From positions 496,001 to 560,000 of the forward strand of contig OY253669.1 in the NCBI GenBank assembly GCA_958009085.1: a DNA stretch of 64,000 nt, read 5' to 3'. The DNA is from Protoeuglena noctilucae. Taxonomy: Eukaryota. This document shows positions 49,921-64,000 of this stretch, piece by piece; position 1 is the first letter of the stretch, and every line of letters begins with the position of its first letter. The position numbers were made by a program, and so were the translations under genes. A model generated the notes under the pieces. The model did not search any database. It saw nothing but the letters and a program-made list of their open reading frames with translations, and had not been told where the DNA came from.

Positions 49921-52900
49921 ATGTCGACCGCCTCCGACTCGGCGCTGCGCGCGAGCGCGAAGGAGGTGGAGCTTCTCGTAAAGGGTGCCGAGGCGATCGA
50001 GAGCGAGAAGTCCCTGGGGGTGATCGGGCGCGCCTGACCTGCTCCGCAGCGTGGGGCCACCCTGCGGCGCCACTGGCAGGTCGCGGGGCGCAGCGGATCG
50101 CCGGGGACGCAGCGGGGCTCTCACGGCGCTCCTTTCACGTGACCGCAGCTCAAGCTGATGGAGATGATTACGTCGAAGATGCCGTCGATCGGGGGCGCCA
50201 TTGACGTCATGGTCGTGCGCCAGCCGGACGGGTCCTTCAAGTCCTCCCCCTTCCACGTCCGCTTCCCCGCCTGGCTCTTCCGCCCGCGGCACCGCGAGGT
50301 CTTCGTCGAGGTCAACGGCGTGCAGACGCCCGTGGTGATGGCCCTGGGCCACACGGGCAACGCGTACTTTGTGGAGGAGGCGTCCAGCGTGGAAGTGCGG
50401 GAGAACATGGCCCTGGAGGACGACGCCGCGTCACTCACGGGCGAGCCGCCCGCGACGGGCACCGCCGGGACCAGAGCTGGAGATGCCACCGTGCTCCACG
50501 CTGCGTCACGCCTGCCCATCCCTGCCCACCCCTGCTCCCAGGCATGATGTCCCCGCGGATGATGGCGGGCATGGAGGGGTACGACTCGGGCGACGAGGCC
50601 TCGCCTCGCCTCATGCCCAAGGAGTTCGCTGCGGCCGTGACACACGCGGCCATGGATGTCCAAGAGGCAGCGGCCAAGGGGGACGGCAAGGGGGAGTCGC
50701 AGAGGGGAGAGGCGGGGGCGTGGGTCATGCATCCATTCGGGGGGTCGCCGCCGACCGGGTTCACCCCGCCCTCCGGGTACACCCTGGTGAGTGGTGCAAC
50801 TGGCCTTGGTGTGTGCATGCGGGTGCTGTTGAGCCAACGAGTGCACAAGTAGGCACGGCAAGCACTCCTTCGTCTCTCGGTTCCCACCCGCAGCCCTTAG
50901 GCAACCGGTACACGGGGACGGCGAGCCCCTTAGGCCCTGGCACGCCCCGCAACGCCGCGCCCCGGCCCCCGCTCCCGACACCCCTGGCCATTCCCCGGCA
51001 GATGTCCCCGTCGAAGGGCCAGGGACAGGGGCAGGGCCAGGGGCACTCGCAGGGGGCCGCGGCCTCCTCGCTGAGCCCGAGGCTGATGGTGGAGCCGCTC
51101 ACCTACGACGCCGTGCTCAAGGGCGGTGAGCGTGGGGGGAGTAAGCATGTCGGCATGCGGCGATTGTCAGGCTCGCATATGCTGAAATTCGTTCCATTGA
51201 TCCGTCGCCACCCCTGCCCCGCCCCTTGCCGCCGCAGCACGCCTGCCGCTCCCGGGCACGTCGCCCACGGCTGCCGGCCGCCATGAGCCGCCCTTCCCCG
51301 CCGGCAGCTCTGCGGGCGACGTGAGCGAGCCCCCGGCGTCGGTGGCGTCGTCGCTGCCGGCCTTAGCGCCGCCCCTGGCCCAGATGCCCCGCTGCGCATT
51401 GGAGGACATGACCCGGTCGACGCTCGAGTGCACGGCTGAGGTGCTGCGGTTCGACCTGGAGCACGAGCGCCTGCTGCGGGGCATGCAGGGGGGAGCCGCG
51501 CCGAGCGTGCCCCCCGGGGGTGGCTTCGTGTGGGAGGCGGGTCCCTTAGAGGCCGAGCGGCTGCGGTTCCTGGAGGCGCAGAGGGAGAGCGACGGGGCTA
51601 ACGTGGACCTCGCGGCGCTGGCGAGGCCGCTGGGGGGCCCGGAGGCGGAGGGGGCGGAGGGGGACGGGCGCAACGGGGGCGCTGGGACGGTCGCGACCGT
51701 GGGGCCCTCCTCGTCCCGCATGGTCACTCTGACGCCCCGCGCGTCGATGGGCGACGGGGGCCTCGGCCGGCGCACTCCAGGTGCGGGGGAGGCGTCGTTC
51801 CGGGACCTGTCCTTCGCGGGGGGGTCCCCCGGGGAACGCGACCCCCGCGCCAGCTCCGAGGGCAGCATGGTGTCTGCGAACGATCACCTGGATGACGGGG
51901 CGCCGAGCACGGGGGCGCACCGGCGGGTGCGATCGAAGGGGGAGGACGGGGGCATCGACATCCAAGTGGAGCTGGACGTGGGTGATGGGGGACCGGGGGG
52001 TGGTTCTCGGATGCGCGAGGCGGCGTGGAGCTTTTGGCCCTTCGCGTCGGGGGCGGGGGGAGCCGGGGCGGGGCTTGGGGCGAGTTCGCAGGCGGGCGCG
52101 GGCGCGGGTGCGGGGCAGGCGCGGTCGGAAGGCGGGGGCTCCCGGGCGGGGGCGGGGTCTTCGGGGGAGGGGTCGCGGGCGGGCCTCCGTTACGTGAAGA
52201 CGATGACGCCGACGAGCCGGGACCTCGCGGCGATGGGCCTGCGCCCCGGTCAGAACGAGGTGGTGTTCCGTTGCCAGGGCGGCGCGATGAAGGCGTACAT
52301 GTATGTCTACGAGTGGGACGCGCGCCTGGTGGTGAGCGACATCGACGGCACCATCACTCGCTCGGACGTGATGGGCCACGTAATGACGGCCGTGGGCCGG
52401 GACTGGACGCACCGCGGCATCGCGGAGCTGTTCCGGTGCATCAAGCGCAACGGCTACGAGGTAATGTACCTGTCGTCGCGGTCCATCTCCCAGGCGGCGA
52501 GCACGCGGGACTTCCTGCACAATCTGCGCCAGCCGGGGAGCGCCGAGGACCACTCCATGCCCCTGGGACCCGTCATCCTCTCCCCGGACGGCCTGTTCCG
52601 CTCCGTGACGCGCGAGGTCATCCTGCGCCGGCCCCACGAGTTCAAGATCGCCGCCCTCACCAACATCCGCCGCCTCTTCCCGCTCCACTGGTCCCCCTTC
52701 TACGCCGGCTTCGGCAACCGCGTTACCGACGAGGTGTCGTACATCCACGTGGGGGTGCCGCGACCACGCGTCTTCACCATCAACCCCAAGGGCGAGATCT
52801 CCCAGGTCACCAGTGCCGCGCGCGTCCACGCCGTCTCGAGCCTCCGCGCCATCCGGGACAACGTGGACGCCATCTTCCCCGCCTACCGCCAGGCGTCGGC

Positions 52901-53272
52901 GGCGGAGGGGCCGGGGGAGGAGGGGGGCGACGAGAGGGGTAGTCCTCCCAAGGACACCATGGCGGCGCAGGAGGAGTTCAGGTGACGGCATTGGGGGGAA
53001 CGAGTGGGCACTGACGCCGGGGCATCGGATAGGAGCCTTAGTCAACACGTGCCAGCGGCTTTGATCATCGCTCTGACCCGTGCACTGGCGCCTCCCGCAG
53101 TGATCTGCTGTATTGGAAGAAGGAGACGTCGCTGGCGTCCCTGGCGATGGTCCTGGAGGTCGTCCCTCCGGACGCGGCACCCGCCAAGCCACGCCTGCCG
53201 GTCGTGCCCAAGGCCGAGCTGCCCGCCTCCGCGACCGTGTCGCCCCGCAAAGGCGCCTTGCTCCCCAGGTGA
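49921..53272 (+). CDS. PAH1: Lipin / phosphatidate phosphatase (PAH1-type)
   Basis: N-LIP: GGAIDVMVVRQPDGSFKSSPFHVRF. C-LIP/HAD: VVSDIDGTITRSD, DWTHRG, YLSSRS, HEFKIAAL, FYAGFGNRVTD, FTINPKG; C-terminal EEFSDLLYWK. Confidence 0.93.
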
Positions 53273-53579
53273 CGCGCGGCGCCGTTGCCGGTGTTGGCAG
53301 CCGCTGGGGAGGCCTGCGCGCTCCTGCCAACCGGCGGCCGCTCCGGCTCCCCGCCCGCAGCCCCGGCTCAGACGTGCTGAGGAGCCAGGCGAGCGCCCCG
53401 GCGCGGTGATCTCGCGAGTCTCTGTTCAACTGAACTATGCCGACGCCTGTGCCCGGCTGGCCCGCCCCAGGCCCGTGCTTCCGAGACGCCCACCACCGCG
53501 ACATGCATCGCGCTCCCATTGCAGCGTTGTCACGAGCGTCTCTCGCCCAGTGCATGCGATCACTGTGCTGATGGAATCC

Positions 53580-54208
53580 TCAAAAGTAGCGCGCCATCTG
53601 GATACCCTTGGCAGCGAAGCCACACTTTTCGTAGAACCCGGTGTTGCACTCCTTGCAGTCCAAGATGACCTTGTAGCAGCCCGCGTCCCTCGCCGTCTGC
53701 GTGAAGAGCATGTGTGGAATCGTACACCGGGTCTCGGGGCACGGATGGTGCCAAGATACGCCAGCCTGAGGCCGTGATGGGTGCGCGGGTGGTACCTGGA
53801 TCAACCGCTCCACGAGCAGCCTGCCCACGCCCTTCCCCCGCACGGACGCATCAACGACCACATCCTCGATGTGTCCCGCGGCGCTGCAGCCGTGGATGAG
53901 CTTCCTCTCGACGAAAAGGGTCGCCGTGCCCACGATGCGGCCTGCGTCCTCCGCGACGAGCAGCGTATACGCTCCGTCGCGATCCAGCTCCTCAAGTCGC
54001 TGCCGGTATAGCTCCTCCGACACTGCGCCAACGTCGCTGCGGGGGTGCAGGGCAGTGGGGGTCTGCAAGCAGTCCAGCAGGGGTCTTCCCCTCGCCGTCC
54101 CTGTCATGGTCTTGCTCACGTGAGCTGGCCCAGTAGCTGTAGATGGCCTCGGGAGAAATCCGCGGGCTCGGCGGGCCGCACAACCACCTCGCTGGGCTCA
54201 GCGCCCAT
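53580..54208 (-). CDS. GNA1: Glucosamine-6-phosphate N-acetyltransferase (GNAT)
   Basis: VVRPAEPADFSRGHLQLLGQLT, IVGTATLFVERKLIHG, GHIEDVVVD..RGKGVG, GCYKVILDC..N.GFYEKCGF; three exons. Confidence 0.93.
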
Positions 54209-54890
54209 CAGACCCCGCTCGAGACGGGAGAGGGAAGACGGAGGGCAGCCGAACTCGCATGGGATGAAGCAGAAGTGAATGCGACCGTTTCTGAGTCTCT
54301 ATAGTCGCTCTTTTGCGAGTCAGGTGCTGCCCTTAGGGCACACCGTTCGGGGGGCTGACTAGCCCGCCCTGGACCGCCTGAACGCTCTATCGGCTGCAGT
54401 TTCGGTCCCTTTTTTCATGTCTGACCAACGTCTCGCAGACGGTCAGCGAAATTAGCAACTATCGCGTCTGGGGTGCGGGCCCCAGGCGACATCCGAACAG
54501 GGCGGACCGGGTGCTTCGCACGGAGTGGTCAGGAATAGGGTGAGGGAGCCGTCGGGAGGATCTTTGCGGCTCATCGCTGCTAGCTGGGCGGTCCGAAACC
54601 GTGTCCTGCGCCTCTGCGCCATCCATGAGCCTTCCCGCCCGGTGTATGTCCACATCTCGACGTAGTCGATGTAGGCCCGGACAAGGCGGCGTTTTGAGGC
54701 GCTGGGGGAATCCGCGGCTCGGGAAGGGGTAATTGAGAAGTCGCATTTTTTGCGGCTGAGGGAAAGGTTGCAGCGGTCCCTCGCCCGCTCATGCCTTTTG
54801 AGCGTCTCATTCGCGGCGAGAGCGACCGTTTCATCACGTGTTCGTCCCGGCATGCGCAGGCCTCTGGGCATCTCGTGGTAGCGGGGCAGG

Positions 54891-57800
54891 ATGATAAAAG
54901 AGCGCTCCTTCGGGCAGCGACTCGGCGCGCAGTTCACGGCGTTGATGAGGAAGAACCTGCTGCTGGGATACCGGAATTGGTGAGGAGGCCGCGGCAGCAG
55001 GGCGCCCCTGCGAGCGCGTGGCCGTGGCGGGGGCTTTTGTGCACGCGCCTCGCCGCGCCCCGCCCGCAGGCGCGCGACCATCATTCAGTTATGCGCTTCG
55101 TTCATCTTCCTGGTGCTCCTCTTGCTCATCGTCGTCGCCTACAACAGCGACCAGAGGTCCTCCGAGACCTGCCGCGTCGTGCGCGACCCGAAGGTCCAGG
55201 TGCGCGCCGCTGCTGGGATCGCCGCGTGCGCCGTGACGCGTCGCGGCCTCCGCCTCGTCCGCGAGCCGCACGAGACGCGGGTGGCGCGCCCCTTACGCGA
55301 CGGTCCACGTGCCAACACCACGCGCCCCGCGCCCCGCGCGCAGTCGATCAGCGCGGTGCCTTCCTGCTCGGAAGACCTGTACGTGACCCGGTCCGACTGC
55401 GTGGACATCGTCTACACGCCGAGCGGCGACCCCACCGTGGAGGCCATCATCGAGCGCATCCGGCTCAACAACCCTGGGCGCGTCATCCCCGCCGACAAGG
55501 TCAAGTCCTTCGCCACCCCCGACGACGCGGACGCGTGGATGTTCGCGAACCCGGACACGGCCATCTCCGCCGTGCACTTCCAGACCCCCCTGTCCCCCAC
55601 CGTGATGAACTTCGGCATCCAGACCAACTCGACCCCCAAGTTCTTCAAGGGGCAGTACCGGGACCCCAACACGTTCGTGCGCCTGCCGCTCCAGAGCGCC
55701 GTGCAGCGCGAGGTCGTGCGGCAGATGGTTCTGGACAAGAACGGCCAGGACGCGGCCAACGCCCTCCAGTGGGACATGCAGTGGTCGTCGTTCCCGCACC
55801 CGGCCCTCCAGGTCGTCTCCATCGAGGGGCAGGCGGGCAGCTTCTTCATCTTCGCCGCCGCCATGTTCGGGTTCGTCATCCAGATCGTCGAGATCGTCAC
55901 CGAGAAGGAGTTTCTCCTCAGGCAGAGCATGCGCACCATGGGCATGCTCGACCTCGCCTTCTGGTGAGCCTGGGGGGCGCCAGGGCGATACCCGCCGCAC
56001 GCCGAGGGCAGAGTGGAGTGCTAGTAACTCGAATCCTGCATTCCTACCCCGTTCCCAACCGCAACTTCACCCGCACCCTCCCTCCCACCCCAGGCTGTCG
56101 TGGCAGGGCTGGCACTTCATCTACAACTTCGTCTCGGCCCTGATGCTCTGCGTCTTCGGCGTCATCCTCGACTTCAAGCTCTTCCGCCGCAACAACTTCG
56201 GCGTCGTATTCCTCGTCATCCTCCTCTTCATGCAGGCGAGCACTGCGTGACCATGACGAGCCCCATGTGCACGGGGGGTTGCGACGTTACGATAAGGGTG
56301 GCCAGCACGCCCCTGGCACTCCAAACCCCAATCTATATATACATGGAACACACCCCCCCGCCCCCCTTACCCCACAGGCCATGACGGGCTTTGCGTACGT
56401 GGTGGCCGCGTTCCTGAAGCGCTCCCAGTCGGCCACCATCCTCGGCTTCGGCCTGCTCCTCGTCGGGTGGATCTTCCTCGTCGTGATCCAGTTCGGGGTC
56501 CCCTTCACCCCCCAGTACTGGTACGTCCCCAACCACACCTACATCCTCACCATCGTCTTCGGCATCTTCCCGTGGTCGTTCCTGGCCAAGTCGCTGTCGG
56601 ACTTGGGCAGCGCCAGCTCCGGGGACTACCAGGGCCTCAACATCGGCGAGGTCAACAGCTACTGCATGAACTACCACAACGTGCCCAGCAACAACCTCCC
56701 CGGCAAGTGCTACCCCAGCGACCCGGGCAAGTACGTCGACTGCGACTGCGTCATCCCCATCGGCACTATGTACTGGATCTTCATCGTCCACTGGGTGGGG
56801 TACGTCATTCTGGGCATCTACCTCGACAACGTGCTCCCGAGCGAGTCGGGCACGCGCCGCATGCCCTGGTTCTTCCTCAGCCCCAGCTACTGGCTGACCG
56901 GGGTGTCGGACCGGATGGCGCACGGCAAGAGCGGCCTGCGCTCCCTCGCCGCCATCCACGCCGACCACGCCGACTGCTTCAGCGCCGACGAGGATGTCCT
57001 GGGGGAGATGGAGCGGGCTAAGGCGCGGCTGGTGGCGCTGCAGCAGGGCGACGAGGGCCTCGCGTCGGACGCCGAGGCCGTGGAGCTCTTTGCCATCCGC
57101 AAGGTCTTCTACGGCCGGGGGAAGCCCTTTGAGGCCGTCAAGGGCTCGTGGTTCTCCATCCACCGGGGCGAGCTCTTCTGCCTCCTGGGCCCCAACGGCG
57201 CTGGCAAGACCACGACCATCAACATGCTCACGGGCGTGCTGCCCCCCTCCGCGGGGGAGGCCCTCATCTACGGGGAGGTGCTGCGGTCGGCGGGGGGGCT
57301 CGACCGCATCCGCTCCATGATGGGCGTGTGCCCGCAGTTCGACGTACTGTGGGACCGGCTGACGGGCCGCGAGCACATGCACATCTACGCGCAGATCAAG
57401 GGCGTGGACCCCGCCATGCGCGGGGGCCACATCGAGGACCTGCTCGACCGCGTGCGGCTGACGTCTGCGGCGGGGCAGCACGCGGGGGGCTACTCGGGGG
57501 GCATGAAGCGCCGTCTGAGCGTGGCCATCGCGCTCATGGGCGACCCCAAGGTGGTGTACCTGGACGAGCCCACCACGGGCATGGACCCCATCTCCAGGCG
57601 GCACGTCTGGGACATCGTCGAGGCGGCCAAGAAGGCGAGGGGGCGGGGGCTGGTTAACGTGCATGCCTGGGCGGTGTGGCGGGTGCGGTGCGCAGGTTGA
57701 CGCCGCAGATGGTGTGCCCAATGCATCCTCCAGTCCTCTTCTCTCCTCTCAGGACCGCGCGATCGTGCTGACGACGCACTCGATGGAGGAGGCCGACATT

Positions 57801-58364
57801 TTGGGGGCCCGCATCGCCATCATGGCGCGCGGGGCCCTGCGCTGCGTGGGGTCGTCGATCCGCCTCAAGTCGCGGTTCGGCGCCGGGTACCAGATCGCCA
57901 TGGCGGTGGGCCACTCGAACAAGTCCTCGCCCAACCTGGCCCAGCTCGAGTCCCGGCGCGAGAACCTCAAGAACATCTTTCGCAACCGCCTGGGCGTCGC
58001 GCCCTTCGACGACACGGGCAGCTACGTGACGTTCGTGGTCCCGCGCGACCGCCACCGCGACGCCGTGAGCGTCCTCGAGCACCTGGAGCGTAACCGGTCG
58101 GCCCTGGGCATCACCGACATCCAGCTGTCGATGGCCTCGCTGGAGGAGGTGTTCCTGGCCATCGCCAAGGCCGCCGAGGTCGAGGAGGCCGCCAAGCAGG
58201 GCAGCGCCATGTGCCCCTACGCCCTCAGCGACGGCACCACCCTCATGATCCCCATGGGGGCCGACGAGTTCATCGACGCCCAGGGAACGCGCTTCAAGGT
58301 CGTCTGGGCCCAGGGGGAGGATGGGACCCTGCAGATCATGGACCTGCGCGCCCAGGCCGCGTAG
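54891..58364 (+). CDS. ABC transporter subfamily A, half-size (ATH/ABCA2-like)
   Basis: QFTALMRKNLLL..RNW, EIVTEKE.LLRQSMRTMG, transmembrane helices, Walker A GPNGAGKTT, signature YSGGMKRRL, Walker B VYLDEPTTGMDP, LTTHSMEEAD, SLEEVFL. Confidence 0.93.
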
Positions 58365-58575
58365 GCCGCATAGTAGGACTAGGAGCAGCGCTGGGCCAGC
58401 AAGGCCTTGCGATAGCACCCGTCCGCTGTGCAACGCCGTATCTATCGGACCCGACCCCGCGCTCCCCTCGCCGCCGCCGCGCCCGGCCAGCTCTGGCTTG
58501 CATCGCGCAGCGCGCCCTCTCACACCTACGTTCCACCAGTCCAAGCTGTTTGACACTAAGAGCGAACATAGCCCC

Positions 58576-59563
58576 TCATCGCATATCCTTGGTCCGCTCT
58601 AGGAACTCCGCCACGACCCTCTCCGCCACCGCCACCGTGGGCGCGTGCTCCAGGTCCCCCGACACCCGGGCCAGCACCGCGCCCTGCGTCTCCCCCGCCT
58701 GCCGGCCCCACCGCACCAGCGTCGGCACCCCCGTCAGCTGCAGCCAGGGCACGTGCCTGCGCGGGATGGCGGGCGGGCACACACGCGTGATGCTGCCACG
58801 AAGGCAGCCCGCCTCCAGCCACCAGCTGCTGCCGTGCGACTGTCCGCTGTTCTCGTGCGTGTAATGCCCCTCACCTCAGAGGGTTGTCTGGGCTCTTCCA
58901 CACCGCCCGCGACCCCACGTTGATCTCAAGCAGAGAGCCCCCGAGCCTGTCCACTTGCTCCCGCACCGTGCCGATGCTGCGGCGGCAGTCGGGGCACCAC
59001 GGCTGCCCGTCCTCGCCAGGGCTGGCCGTGTAGAAGACGTACTGGGGGCTGGGGTACTCGAGGATCCTCGCCAGGCATTCCAAGTGCTGCTCCAGCTCGC
59101 ACACCAAGTGACGCCTGCGCGAAGAGGATTCGGTTAGTGCCGAAACAACCGTCAGCTCTGGGAGCGCTACCAACCACCGGCATGCTCGCACTCACTCGGA
59201 GAATGGGCCCCGCGTCGCCGACATGGTAAGAGAGGGTGTTGGGGGCGGTGGTGTGGGCGGAGGGGGAGATGGCGGCGTGGGTGGGGGCGGGGAGGGTTGG
59301 GCGAAGGTCCGCACAGGCGTGGGCGTAGGGTTCGCCGCGAAGGTCGGCCAGCGCACGGCCTCCGGGAGCTCCACTGGCCGGGGTAGGGTCTCTTTAGGCT
59401 TTTGCGCTGCAGAAACGTCGCCCACGGTCGCCGGGCGCCCGATCCTCACTGCGCTGGCGACTGGGTCCGTCGCAACGCGGGAGCGCGAAAGAGACAGGAC
59501 GAGGATGGCCAAGCCGGCGAGTGCAATCACTGCAAGAGATCGGACTCTGGACCTTGGGATCAT
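58576..59563 (-). CDS. TRP14/TXNDC17 (Clot, DUF953)-like thioredoxin with an N-terminal signal anchor and Pro-rich stalk
   Basis: YTAS..DGQPWCPDC, VG.R.VWKSPDNPLR, LTGVPTLVRW. Exon 1 encodes LAVIALAGLAILVLSL and [19 protein letters not shown]; both introns splice in frame. Confidence 0.8.
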
Positions 59564-59888
59564 CTAGCGATGCGAGAGCCCGTCGTTCGCCGCAAACACG
59601 CCAGGTAGTTGGGGCGAGACAGGTGGGCCTCGTTCGGCACCCAGATCCCGCGTCTACCGACGACAGAGGCATCAATGTGCACGCCGGGAGCCACGACAAG
59701 CGCAACCAACCGTTCCCCGGACGCGCACACTGATGCCAGTTGCGCGCCAGGCCTGAGCTTCGCGAGGCTGCAACCAAATCATCGACCACCATTGCGCGGA
59801 CATGTGTCGTCGTCGTGACTGTCTGCTGCGTCTGGCTCGGTCATCGCAGGGCCTCTCCTCTTGAGCAGCAGGCCCAGCGTGCGGTGCC

Positions 59889-64000
<4,112 letters not shown>

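Noticed and set aside
12122..53272. Functional cluster of phosphatases (BPNT1-like, PhoD, lipin)
   Set aside because: Unrelated families interspersed with housekeeping genes; no evidence of co-regulation.
51546..53555. 669-aa minus-strand ORF
   Set aside because: Antisense shadow of the GC-rich lipin coding exon; no motifs.
56333..57721. 462-aa minus-strand ORF
   Set aside because: Antisense shadow of the ABCA exon.

Overview
This is a gene-dense, GC-rich, intron-rich eukaryotic nuclear region, probably from a green alga (inferred from the plant-like homologues and intron style). It has two 200-N scaffold gaps (2912-3111 and 25441-25640). About 17 spliced loci can be read: a protein with two dynein microtubule-binding-domain-like repeats, the MTR4 RNA helicase, a coiled-coil protein, an EcKL-type kinase fused to a BPNT1/IMPase-family phosphatase, a membrane P-loop protein, an F-box/XPA-C-like pseudogene, TIM21-like, an FAD oxidoreductase, EFG1, NUP62, PhoD, a WAC-HARE-HTH-DDT-WHIM chromatin protein, lipin, GNA1, ABCA, a membrane-anchored TRP14-like thioredoxin and TBCD. 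Five things stand out. (1) MTR4 is split into opposite-strand halves, each ending at a gap, which implies 3112-25440 is inverted. (2) Many introns carry diverged tandem copies ('echoes') of their own splice junctions. (3) GC-AG introns are unusually frequent. (4) There is an apparently motor-less tandem dynein-MTBD protein. (5) The kinase-phosphatase fusion junction lies within a single exon. Exon boundaries and family assignments were made by eye from motifs; no searches were run.
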